A DNA stretch of 64,000 nt from Marispirochaeta sp. (GCA_963676835.2 CAXXFF010000001.1:32001-96000), one strand, 5' to 3'. Shown: positions 42,145 through 51,305, counted from the stretch's first letter. Notes: generated from the letters alone by a model not told the origin. Numbers and translations: made by a program.

Positions 42145-43110
42145 CTAACGACGGCGACGAAGCATCCTGTCCAGCATTACAGATACAATAATTACCGCAC
42201 CGACGGCACTGCCCTGCCAGAACGGAGAAACCCCGATCAGGTTAAGTCCGTTATGAAGCACAGTAATAAGCAGTACTCCGATGAATGTACCAACCAGAGA
42301 CCCCTTTCCGCCGGCAAGGCTGCATCCACCGATTACAACTGCCGCTATTGTATCAAGCTCTATCCCGAGACCGGTATCCGGGTCTATGGCTCCAAGTCTT
42401 GATGTAAGAATAATGACCGCTACGGCACATAAAAATCCGGTGACAGCATACGCCATGGCCTTGTACAGCCTGACATTGACCCCGGCTAAGCGTGAAGCCT
42501 CTTCGTTACTGCCGATGGCATACCAGAAACGGCCGACTTTTGTACGGGTCAGCACAATATGACCGATAACAAAGAGCCCAATTAGAATTACCGTATAGAT
42601 GGGTATACCCATTATTTTTTCATAGCTGAAAAATCGGTAGCTTTGAGGTAGTCCGGTAACCGAATGTCCGTTTGTACTTACATAGGTAAGGGAACGGCTT
42701 ATGGACATTACGCCCAGGGTAACTATAAAAGGAGCAAGCTGGGCATACGCTATAAGCATTCCGTTTACCAGTCCAACCATTGTCCCGGTTATAAGAATTG
42801 TAACTACACCGGCTATCATTCCGTGGTTAAGCATGACGATTCCGCCGAACATTGCACTAATACCTGCAATGGCACCTACAGAAAGGTCTATTCCGAAAGT
42901 AAGAATTATAAATGTCTGACCAATGGCTATAATACCTACCATGGTTGCCTGCCAGAACAGGTTTCCGATATTTCCGATAGTCAGGAAACGGGGGGCAAGA
43001 ATACTTAAAAAGGCACATAATAGAAGAAATGCCGCAAGCATTGCCATCTCGACCCTGTATTCCCCGAGAAAAACCTTTGATTTTTGTTTTAAACTGCTAT
43101 TTATCACCAT
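42145..43110 (-). CDS. sugar ABC transporter permease (RbsC-like)
   Basis: GIDLSVG, PFIVTLG, AIGSNEEASRLAG, ELDTIAAVVIGG. ATG at 43110 follows AAGGAG. Confidence 0.93.
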   Translation of the reverse strand: MVINSSLKQKSKVFLGEYRVEMAMLAAFLLLCAFLSILAPRFLTIGNIGNLFWQATMVGIIAIGQTFIILTFGIDLSVGAIAGISAMFGGIVMLNHGMIAGVVTILITGTMVGLVNGMLIAYAQLAPFIVTLGVMSISRSLTYVSTNGHSVTGLPQSYRFFSYEKIMGIPIYTVILIGLFVIGHIVLTRTKVGRFWYAIGSNEEASRLAGVNVRLYKAMAYAVTGFLCAVAVIILTSRLGAIDPDTGLGIELDTIAAVVIGGCSLAGGKGSLVGTFIGVLLITVLHNGLNLIGVSPFWQGSAVGAVIIVSVMLDRMLRRRR

Positions 43111-44608
43111 TTGCTCCTTGTGCACAATATGTAAGTATTATCTCTTCACTTGCCTCATGATGTTGCATCTCTTTAACAATTCTCCCTTCCCGCATTACAA
43201 GAATACGATCTGAAAGTGCAAGAATTTCCGGAAGTTCAGATGATACAAGAATGATGGCGACACCGCCGGCTGCAAGTTTATCGATCAGGTTATAGATTTC
43301 AAACTTGGCTCCGATATCTATACCCCTGGTAGGCTCATCGAGAATAAGCACATCCGGTTTGTTGGCCAGCCACTTTCCGATAACGACCTTCTGCTGATTT
43401 CCGCCGCTTAAAGACTCAACAGCAGAATTGGCAGTATCGGTCTTTATTTTAAGATCTTTGACCATCTGATTAACAATGCTGTTTTCAGTACCTTTGTTTA
43501 TCCAGAAATGTTTATCCCTGGTAAAATAGGAAAGGGTTATATTGTTTCTTACCGGCAGCTTTATCAGAACACCATGGTTCTTCCGATCTTCCGGCACCAT
43601 TGCAATCCCGGCCTTTACAGCCTCAGCGGGTGATTTAAAATCAACCTCCCGGTCCATAACTGTTACTGTGCCGCTGTCCGGTTTATCTGCACCGAAGAGA
43701 AGGCGGACAAGTTCGGTGCGCCCTGCACCTACAAGGCCGGACAGACCGAGAATTTCCCCCCTGCTTACATGCAGGGAACAGTCTATAACCCGGTCTCCCC
43801 TGTTAAGGTTGGCAGCTTTAACCAGTACCTCACCTGCTTCATTCCGGTTGCGGATACTGAACATATTACCGATATCCCGTCCAACCATGGCGGTAATCAG
43901 CTCGTCTGCAGTGGTGTTGTCTTTAATAAACTCTTTAACCTTCTTTCCATCCCGCAAAACGACAATCCTGTCGCTTATCTCCATGATTTCCTCAAGACGA
44001 TGGCTGACAAAGATTATGGTTACCCCTTCCGCTTTCAGCTTTCGCAGCAGACCAAACAGCTTTGCAGTTTCCGAACTGGTCAGAGTGGCGGTCGGCTCAT
44101 CAAGAATAAGAAGTTTGGATGAAACAGAAACCGCCTTTGCGACTTCCACGAGCTGCTGTTCCGCGACAGAAAGAGATTCAACCTTGCGTGCGGGATCAAG
44201 ATGAAGATCGATATCCACCTTGTCAAAAAGCTCTTTTGTATTTTTATTAATCCGTTTTCTGTTAAGCCAGACACCACCTGAATAGGTCTCTTTGTCGGTA
44301 AGAAAAATGTTTTCGGCAATACTGAGATGCGGCACAAAACTGAATTCCTGAAGCACAATGGATATTCCTGCGTGTACCGCATCCCTGATACTCCTGAAAT
44401 GTACTTCATTGCCGTCAAAAATAACGGTTCCATTATCCCGTCCGATTATTCCGGAAATTATTTTTGCCAGGGTAGATTTACCTGCCCCGTTTTCACCGAT
44501 CAACGCAAGTACTTCGCCTTTTTTAACTTCCACACTGACAGAATCCAGCGCCTGAATCCCTCCGAAGCTTTTACTTACATCTTTTATGCTTAATAGATTC
44601 TCGTCCAA
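43097..44608 (-). CDS. sugar ABC transporter ATPase, two NBDs (RbsA-like)
   Basis: GENGAGKST, LDEPT, GLVGAGRTE, LSGGNQQK, DEPTRGID. TTG start at 44608 chosen because the longer ORF start abuts the sigma54 promoter. Confidence 0.95.
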   Translation of the reverse strand: MDENLLSIKDVSKSFGGIQALDSVSVEVKKGEVLALIGENGAGKSTLAKIISGIIGRDNGTVIFDGNEVHFRSIRDAVHAGISIVLQEFSFVPHLSIAENIFLTDKETYSGGVWLNRKRINKNTKELFDKVDIDLHLDPARKVESLSVAEQQLVEVAKAVSVSSKLLILDEPTATLTSSETAKLFGLLRKLKAEGVTIIFVSHRLEEIMEISDRIVVLRDGKKVKEFIKDNTTADELITAMVGRDIGNMFSIRNRNEAGEVLVKAANLNRGDRVIDCSLHVSRGEILGLSGLVGAGRTELVRLLFGADKPDSGTVTVMDREVDFKSPAEAVKAGIAMVPEDRKNHGVLIKLPVRNNITLSYFTRDKHFWINKGTENSIVNQMVKDLKIKTDTANSAVESLSGGNQQKVVIGKWLANKPDVLILDEPTRGIDIGAKFEIYNLIDKLAAGGVAIILVSSELPEILALSDRILVMREGRIVKEMQHHEASEEIILTYCAQGANGDK

Positions 44609-44644
44609 ACTTTCTCTCCCGGCGTTTGACTTATATCTGTTCAA

Positions 44645-44661
44645 TGCAGGATCAATGCCAA
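44645..44661 (-). promoter_or_regulatory. sigma54 (-24/-12) promoter of the ABC operon
   Basis: Minus strand TTGGCATTGATCCTGCA, with GG-N10-GC spacing. Confidence 0.8.
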
Positions 44662-44747
44662 TACCAAAGTGATTAATGTAATTTGTATAATGCCAATGAA
44701 TTATAGTTTAAGCTCAGTTCCAGAGCTGCCGGTGAGTAACTGGTATT

Positions 44748-44795
44748 GGGAATACATTTACCCGGAAACGGGAACCTGCGGGTAAATTTTTACCC
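44748..44795. promoter_or_regulatory. two candidate enhancer (UAS) palindromes
   Basis: GGGAATACATTTACCC (44748-44763) and GGGTAAATTTTTACCC (44780-44795), 32 bp apart. Confidence 0.65.
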
Positions 44796-44841
44796 ACATA
44801 TTTTTCTTGACGGCCTGTGTCCAGCGTACAATACTATTGTG

Positions 44842-46155
44842 ATGATTTTTCGTATTCTGATAGTTGATGATGAGCCTGAAGTATGCAGTTCCTTATGTGA
44901 AATATTAGCCGAAAACGGCTATGACACTGATTATCTTACCAACCCCACCCTGGTTTTCGCCTATTTGCAGGAAAACCGGATAGATCTGATTCTTCTGGAT
45001 ATAAGGATGCCCGGCATTGGTGGTATAGACCTTCTGGAACAGATCCGCGGAAATCATCCGGATACAGGTATAATTGTAATTTCCGGTTTCGCCACAGTTG
45101 AACATGCGGTTAAAGCCATGAAATACGGCGCCATAAATCTTCTTACCAAACCACTTAAGATATCAACCTTACTGATTGAAATTCAGCAGTTTTTCAGCAG
45201 CAGAATTATCCGGTCAAAAGTGAGCGATGAAAACTCCATAGTAACGGCGGACCCTGCGGTAAATAGTATAGTTTCCCAGGTTAAAGTTGCCGCATCCACG
45301 CCGGCACCGGTACTTATTCAGGGTGAAAGCGGAACCGGCAAGGAACTTATTGCAGAAATGCTGCACCGGCACAGCAAGCGCGCCGCAAACCCGCTTACAA
45401 AAATCAATTGTGCAGCCATTCCTGAACACCTTCTCGAAAGTGAACTGTTCGGCTACGAAAAAGGGGCATTTACCGACGCGAAAGAGAAGAAAACCGGACT
45501 GCTTGAGTATGCAGACAAGGGAACTGTGTTTCTTGATGAAATCGGTGATATGAGCATTCACACCCAGGCAAAAATGCTGAGAGTACTTCAGGATAAGCAG
45601 TTTACCCGGGTTGGCGGAATTCACCCCATACAGAGTGACTTCAGGATCATTGCCGCTACCAATAAAAATCTCAAAGAAGAGGTTGCCAGAGGCAACTTCC
45701 GCAAAGATCTTTATTACCGACTCACGGTAGTAGAGATCAATATGCCGCCCTTGCGTGAACGATCCGGAGATATACTGCTTCTGGTAAATCACTTTATTAA
45801 ATATTTCAACAGCGTATACGAAAAAAACATACTCAACATAGGCCCCCGGGCACAGAAGGCTCTTGAGCAGCATATCTGGCCGGGAAACATACGGGAGCTT
45901 AAAAACGTCGTGGAACGGGCGGTTATTTTCAGCCCGGGGAACACTATTGATTTATCATGCCTGCCGGAACAATACCGGAGCATATTCAGCTCACCGGAAA
46001 CAGAGGAGTTCTCAAACCGTTACGATTCTGTCAGCAGAGAGATAATTATGGATGCCCTCTCCCGCTCCAATGGAGTCCGTCAGGAAGCGGCCAGACTTCT
46101 GCATATAAGCCGTAAAACGCTGTACAACCGTATGCGCAGACTTAATATACAATGA
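44842..46155 (+). CDS. NtrC-type sigma54 response regulator
   Basis: Receiver domain (ILIVDDE, LLDIRMP, KP), GESGTGKE, GAFTDA, WPGNIREL, Fis HTH. Confidence 0.95.
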   Translation: MIFRILIVDDEPEVCSSLCEILAENGYDTDYLTNPTLVFAYLQENRIDLILLDIRMPGIGGIDLLEQIRGNHPDTGIIVISGFATVEHAVKAMKYGAINLLTKPLKISTLLIEIQQFFSSRIIRSKVSDENSIVTADPAVNSIVSQVKVAASTPAPVLIQGESGTGKELIAEMLHRHSKRAANPLTKINCAAIPEHLLESELFGYEKGAFTDAKEKKTGLLEYADKGTVFLDEIGDMSIHTQAKMLRVLQDKQFTRVGGIHPIQSDFRIIAATNKNLKEEVARGNFRKDLYYRLTVVEINMPPLRERSGDILLLVNHFIKYFNSVYEKNILNIGPRAQKALEQHIWPGNIRELKNVVERAVIFSPGNTIDLSCLPEQYRSIFSSPETEEFSNRYDSVSREIIMDALSRSNGVRQEAARLLHISRKTLYNRMRRLNIQ

Positions 46156-47984
46156 ACAGGTCTGCCCCCACAGCCAATACGCCTCTGCTGAAAATGCGCA
46201 ATATTCATGTTTCCTATGGCTCTTTAAAGGCCTTGAACGGTGTGGACTTCGACCTCTACCGTGGAGAAATCCATGCACTTATGGGCGAGCACAGAGCAGG
46301 AAAATCCACCCTGGTAAAACTGCTCTCCGGCGCAGAAAAACGCGATCGGGGGGAAATATTCATAAAAGGTAAATCCTGCGGTCATCTTAGTCCGGAAAGC
46401 TCCATGAAGCATGGCATCGGCATTGTTTATCAGAATCTGATGGTCATACCGGATTTGAATACAATAGAGAATATCTTTTCTCCCAACCTGAAGATCAACA
46501 GATTCGGTCTCCTTGATCAACAGTCAATGCTCAAGACTACTGCATCCCTGCTGGAACGTCTGGACTGCCGTTTTGACTGCAGGATACCCCTTAACCGTCT
46601 GACAGTTGGTAATCAGCTTATGGTTGAGTTTGCCAGGGCACTTCGTATCAATCCTGCTATCCTGATTCTGGATGAAATTTCCAACAAGCTGACACCCCAG
46701 GAAATGAAAAGTGTCTACCGTATAATGTTTGATCTGAAACACAGCGGCACCAGCATTATCTACATCAGCCACGATATGGATGAGATTCAGCGAATTGCAG
46801 ACCGGGTCACAATTCTTAAAAACGGATACCGCAGAGAAACCGAAATGGTCCGCAACCTCAGTCAATTGCGACTGGTACAGATGACATATTCCTTTTCTGC
46901 AAAACAGGAAAGGCTTGATCAGCATGATGAAAGTTTTGCCCAGGTTAAAAAACATTTTGAAAGTGTCATACAGGACTTCCCCGCTGGAATTCTTCTAATC
47001 GATAGACAGAAAAAAGTTCAGCTTATGAATTTTGAAGCGGTGAATATAATCGGCCTTCCTCAAAAAAGATTTGAAGATTTTCCCATCTCCGATCTTTCCT
47101 TTCTGCGTGAACCGATGCTTTCGCAACTGATAGAGGCGATAGACAATCAGGAGCAGTGGTCTTCCGGTGAAACAGAAACAAGTGATGGTAAAAATCTCAG
47201 CCTGAAAACTTTTCCTATTCGCAACGATGAACAGCAGTTTATAGGAACTACCCTCCTCATTCAGGACGAATCTCTGACAAAATGTATTGATGACTACCTG
47301 ATTCAGACCGAGAAAATGGCCTCGGTTGCAGAAGTTGCGGTGGGGGTGGCCCATGAAATTAATAACCCTCTCTGCATAATCCAGAATTACATAGAGTTAA
47401 TACGGGGAAGAAACAGCGACGATGACACGTTGTTAAAAATAAGCAAGATAGAAAACGAACTGGAGCGTATAGTATCCATAATTTCCAGTCTTCTTTCGTT
47501 CAGCAGGATACAGGCACTGCCGGGAAACATGATTGATGTTGGTTCGGTATTGAATGAGGTACTGCTCCTGCTGGGCCATTCCCTGAATGACAAGCGGGTT
47601 GAGTTAGAGTGGAAACCACCCAGGACCGCCTACTATGTCGCAGGCAATGAGAATAAACTGAAACAGGTATTTATGAACCTTATTATGAACAGTCTTGAAG
47701 CAGTCCTGGATAGCGGCAGAATTGAGGTCAGGATTAAAAGTTCCAGAAGCAATGAATTCGTGGATATATTTATTCAGGACACTGGAGCCGGTATTCCCGA
47801 AGAAATTGCTGAAAACATTTTTAATCCGTTTTATACCACGAAAATAAGCAGAAAAAACAGCGGCTTAGGGCTGTCGATATGCAGGCATATAGTTGAGGAG
47901 CATAAGGGAACAATAGGCTTTAAAAGCACCCCGGGAGAATCTACGGTTTTTACTGTGAGGTTGCCTCTGGCGAGAACCTCTTAA
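46152..47984 (+). CDS. histidine kinase with N-terminal sugar-ABC ATPase domain and PAS-like domain
   Basis: GEHRAGKST, IGIVYQ, ILILDE, YISH; then PAS-like (FPAGILLID...MN); then AHEINNPL, QVFMNLIMNS, DTGAGI, FNPFYTTK, GLGL. No TM segment. Confidence 0.9.
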   Translation: MNRSAPTANTPLLKMRNIHVSYGSLKALNGVDFDLYRGEIHALMGEHRAGKSTLVKLLSGAEKRDRGEIFIKGKSCGHLSPESSMKHGIGIVYQNLMVIPDLNTIENIFSPNLKINRFGLLDQQSMLKTTASLLERLDCRFDCRIPLNRLTVGNQLMVEFARALRINPAILILDEISNKLTPQEMKSVYRIMFDLKHSGTSIIYISHDMDEIQRIADRVTILKNGYRRETEMVRNLSQLRLVQMTYSFSAKQERLDQHDESFAQVKKHFESVIQDFPAGILLIDRQKKVQLMNFEAVNIIGLPQKRFEDFPISDLSFLREPMLSQLIEAIDNQEQWSSGETETSDGKNLSLKTFPIRNDEQQFIGTTLLIQDESLTKCIDDYLIQTEKMASVAEVAVGVAHEINNPLCIIQNYIELIRGRNSDDDTLLKISKIENELERIVSIISSLLSFSRIQALPGNMIDVGSVLNEVLLLLGHSLNDKRVELEWKPPRTAYYVAGNENKLKQVFMNLIMNSLEAVLDSGRIEVRIKSSRSNEFVDIFIQDTGAGIPEEIAENIFNPFYTTKISRKNSGLGLSICRHIVEEHKGTIGFKSTPGESTVFTVRLPLARTS

Positions 47985-48020
47985 CTGCCTGGAAACTCAG
48001 CAAAAACCTGTTTTTCCATC

Positions 48021-48929
48021 TTATTTGTCAGACTTCTTACTATCTATTCGTTCGACTTCCACCGGTAGTCTTTCCGGAGGATGTACCTCAAGCAGGCCGG
48101 ATCCTCTTCTATGAAAGAGGGACACTATTCCACAGTCCCATTTCAGATGCTTTCTAATATACAACTCCACATCATAACGCGTTCTATCGTGAAGTCCTCT
48201 ATGAACGGTAACGATTGTGTCGGTATGGTTTACTATCGGGCATATCCTATCCAGGGATTCAAGTGTTATATCCTGATCATAGGGGATCTCCGGAGGCAAT
48301 TCCAACGCAACAAGTATCGCACAATTATGTTCTCTTGCACTCTCCTGCAGAAGCCGAATCTTTTCTACAATATTTGTATCACGTACAGTCAAACCATCAA
48401 TAATAACAAGTTTTACATCCTGAATATCTTTCACAGGGTCTTCTGACCCGGGAGGTAAATAGTAGAACGCTTCACCAACCTCGGGCATAAACGGATTGTG
48501 AATCACATTAAAAGAATTGACGGAGATAACGGTCATGGGCGCACCAGCTATATGATTTGCTGCTTTCTCCAAGACCTCTTCATCATAATCACTGGCGGAA
48601 AACGGAATCCCTGCCAATTCCCGCACAAACAATTCTAATTGGTACTCTATATCCGAGTGGCTACTTACAAGGCTGACAGGTATACGCTTTAATACACTTA
48701 ATCGATACAGAATAGTCCTTAGAACCGTACTTTTACCCACCCTGGCTGCCCCAGCCAACAGGTGCAGCCCTGATTTAGTAAATCCACCGCCGAATGCTTT
48801 ATCGAGGGTTTTTAATCCGGTTCTTAAAAATGGAGTATATGAATCATCATCGATAGAATGCTGAATCCGCCGGACAGCTTCCTTAACAGCATCATCTATA
48901 TCGATATTCACAACACCATCTTTGCACAT
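48021..48929 (-). CDS. degenerate DnaB C-terminal (RecA-fold) ATPase-like protein
   Basis: TGLKTLDKAFGGGF, Walker A AGAARVGKST, Walker B LVIIDGL. No DnaB N-terminal domain. GGAGG RBS. Confidence 0.75.
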   Translation of the reverse strand: MCKDGVVNIDIDDAVKEAVRRIQHSIDDDSYTPFLRTGLKTLDKAFGGGFTKSGLHLLAGAARVGKSTVLRTILYRLSVLKRIPVSLVSSHSDIEYQLELFVRELAGIPFSASDYDEEVLEKAANHIAGAPMTVISVNSFNVIHNPFMPEVGEAFYYLPPGSEDPVKDIQDVKLVIIDGLTVRDTNIVEKIRLLQESAREHNCAILVALELPPEIPYDQDITLESLDRICPIVNHTDTIVTVHRGLHDRTRYDVELYIRKHLKWDCGIVSLFHRRGSGLLEVHPPERLPVEVERIDSKKSDK

Positions 48930-49113
48930 GGTTTACCTCCATTAATCTGAATTGAAAAACTACTGATCGCCTTAGGGTTAACGTTTCGGCAATAATCACC
49001 TGAATTTGCCGATAAAATGGTCTTTCGCTCTGCCGATATATCTTCGACAAATACTTTGCAGTCACTTCGCCATAAGCTGATTCTTTTCATGTTATAGATG
49101 TTATGTTCGGTCC

Positions 49114-49130
49114 ACGTCATATTATGTCGT
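49114..49130. promoter_or_regulatory. candidate WYL-regulator operator 1
   Basis: CGTCA-TATTA-TGTCG between the divergent DnaB-like and WYL genes. Confidence 0.6.
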
Positions 49131-49171
49131 TTATATTTTTTTATTGTGCTTCCAGGTAAAATATAAGTACA

Positions 49172-50167
49172 ATGGGCGATATGAGTTTCAGAGCACAAAT
49201 AACCCGCATAAATTATATTGATCAACGTTTACGCAACATGAAAGACTACCCTTCCTCCAATCAGCTTCTTCAGGGGCTTCTGGATGCAACCGGTGAAACT
49301 GTCTGCAAACGAACAATGCAGCGGGATATTACCTGGATGCGGGATGAGGGTGCTCCTATAGAATATGACAGCCGCAACAGAGGCTATTACTACTCCCACG
49401 AAAACTGGCAGATGCCGGCCATCAGCATGACAGAAGGAGACCTGCTTGCACTTCTGGTGGCAGACCGGGCCTTGTCAGGTTACCGAAACAGCCCCTATTA
49501 CGATAAATTGAAGCAGGTTTTCGAGCGACTGACACACCTCCTGCCGGAGAAGGTAACGGTTGCCTCCGAGGACCTGGCAGCGGGTGTATCGGTTGTCAGC
49601 GATCCTGTTACTAGAATCTACCCGGAAATATGGGACCTGATTCGGGAAGGAATGGACAGCCGCAAATCGGTCGGCATACAGTACCAGAGCCCCGGGTATT
49701 CCGAAGCGGTGGAAAGGACTATCGACCCCCTGCATATCGTTGGCCACCGGGGCGAGTGGTATGTACTGGGCTGGTGCCACAGGAAGGAGCAGGTACGTAT
49801 CTATGCCTTTGCCAGAATCAAGTACTGCAAGGTAACCGGAAAATCATTTCAGCCGCCGGAAGGGTTTAAAGCGGAAAACTATATTGACCCAAACATCGGT
49901 ATTTTTGTCAGCGAAGAGTCTGTGGATATGCTTATCCGCTTTAAAAATGAGGCGGCGGTAAAAATTCAGGAACGGAGATGGCATCCGGACCAGCAGATTA
50001 CAAAAAACCCCGACGGCAGCATAACCCTATCCTTCAACACAAATCAGCAGTCTCAAATTCTCTTCTGGGTATCCCAGTGGGGACCGGATGCGGAGATTCT
50101 GAAACCTGAAGGGCTGCGGCAAAGAGCGAAGGAACGGTTTGAGGCGATGGCAGCGTTGTACAGGTAG
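49172..50167 (+). CDS. wHTH-WYL-WCX transcriptional regulator
   Basis: RTMQRDI-x-x-MR wHTH, IEYD...RGYYY, RTIDPLHI...WYVLGWC...RIY..ARI, C-terminal WG..AEILKP..LR. Confidence 0.93.
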   Translation: MGDMSFRAQITRINYIDQRLRNMKDYPSSNQLLQGLLDATGETVCKRTMQRDITWMRDEGAPIEYDSRNRGYYYSHENWQMPAISMTEGDLLALLVADRALSGYRNSPYYDKLKQVFERLTHLLPEKVTVASEDLAAGVSVVSDPVTRIYPEIWDLIREGMDSRKSVGIQYQSPGYSEAVERTIDPLHIVGHRGEWYVLGWCHRKEQVRIYAFARIKYCKVTGKSFQPPEGFKAENYIDPNIGIFVSEESVDMLIRFKNEAAVKIQERRWHPDQQITKNPDGSITLSFNTNQQSQILFWVSQWGPDAEILKPEGLRQRAKERFEAMAALYR

Positions 50168-50176
50168 AATTTCAGC

Positions 50177-50270
50177 CTAGTCAACAGCCCAGCCTTCGAA
50201 TATGATAGCGTCTACTGATGTATATTCCCATTGATCATCACCATCCATATTGTTGAAAACAATCGGATCA
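50177..50270 (-). pseudogene. 3' remnant of a paralog of the 50986-51249 gene
   Basis: Reads DPIVFNNMDGDDQWEYTSVDAIIFEGWAVD* versus DPIVIHNMDGDDQWEYTSVNAIIYDGWAVD*; 38-bp identical core. Confidence 0.85.
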
Positions 50271-50318
50271 ACAATAAAATAGTAATCCCTTATAATTAAT
50301 AATTGCTTGAAAAGCAGA

Positions 50319-50358
50319 CTCCGATGTGTATATTATAACCATTATATACACATCGGAG
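50319..50358. promoter_or_regulatory. vapBC operator-like inverted repeat
   Basis: Perfect 15-bp arms CTCCGATGTGTATAT/ATATACACATCGGAG with a 10-nt spacer, overlapping the promoter region and RBS. Confidence 0.7.
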
Positions 50359-50366
50359 GCAGGCAT

Positions 50367-50561
50367 ATGCGAACAAATATCGTGATTGATGATAGTTTAA
50401 TGAATCAAGCCATTGAATTATCCGGATATAAAACAAAGAAGGAAACTGTCGAAGAAGCATTACGTATGCTGATCAAATTCAAACAGCAGAATGCTATAAG
50501 ATCATTAAGGGGAAAATTAAAATGGGAAGGTGATCTTGATGCAATGAGAAATGATAAATGA
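50367..50561 (+). CDS. vapB: VapB family antitoxin
   Basis: MRTNIVIDDSL...KTKKETVEEAL...LRGKLKWEGDL; ATGA overlap with the PIN toxin gene. Confidence 0.9.
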   Translation: MRTNIVIDDSLMNQAIELSGYKTKKETVEEALRMLIKFKQQNAIRSLRGKLKWEGDLDAMRNDK

Positions 50562-50950
50562 TTGTTGTGGATACATCAGCCTGGATAGACTATTTTAACG
50601 GAAAAACAGCTCCTCATACAGATAGATTGGATAAAGATTTAGGAATAGAAAGAGTAATTATAGGAGATTTGATAATTACAGAATTACTGCAGGGATTTAA
50701 AAACGACACAGAGTATGGAATAGCCAAGAAATTATTAGAAAGTCTGGAATATAGAGATTTCGTAGGTAAAAAAATCGCAATCCAGGCAGCAGATAATTAT
50801 AGATATTTACGAAAAACGGGAGTAACTGTTAGAAAAACAATAGATGTTATAATAGCTACTTTTTGTATAGAAAATGAATACGAACTAATCCATAACGACA
50901 AAGATTTCGACCCATTTGAAGAATATCTCGGGTTAAAGATTAGAAATTAA
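50558..50950 (+). CDS. vapC: VapC family PIN toxin
   Basis: VVDTSAWI, TELLQG, RKTIDVIIA, HNDKDF. Confidence 0.93.
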   Translation: MIVVDTSAWIDYFNGKTAPHTDRLDKDLGIERVIIGDLIITELLQGFKNDTEYGIAKKLLESLEYRDFVGKKIAIQAADNYRYLRKTGVTVRKTIDVIIATFCIENEYELIHNDKDFDPFEEYLGLKIRN

Positions 50951-50985
50951 AAATCTTAGTCTGAGAGCTTAATCTGCCCGCCTGC

Positions 50986-51249
50986 TCAGTCGACAGCCCA
51001 TCCATCGTAGATGATGGCATTAACTGATGTATATTCCCATTGATCATCACCATCCATATTATGGATAACAATAGGGTCATCGGTTTTTCGGGTCATATAG
51101 GAAGGGTCGTTTTCTATATAGCCATAGATACGTCCATCGTCCTTTCGTTTCTTAAGAATGCATTTGGGCCCGGGGAAACCGCCATCAAGCATATCTTCCA
51201 GTGTTTTCCGGCTCATTTCAGTTAATTCATCAGACCAGCTATTTTTCAT
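50986..51249 (-). CDS. small hypothetical protein
   Basis: 87-aa ORF with an AAGGAG RBS; the paralog remnant differs largely at third codon positions. Confidence 0.75.
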   Translation of the reverse strand: MKNSWSDELTEMSRKTLEDMLDGGFPGPKCILKKRKDDGRIYGYIENDPSYMTRKTDDPIVIHNMDGDDQWEYTSVNAIIYDGWAVD

Positions 51250-51305
51250 ATAAAATCTCCTTGTAATGTTTATTGCATCTGCCTACCAAAGAAGCATCCA
51301 TAGAT

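Noticed and set aside
50177..51079. Diversity-generating retroelement TR/VR pair
   Set aside because: Differences are not adenine-specific and are largely third-position changes; no reverse transcriptase is in the window.
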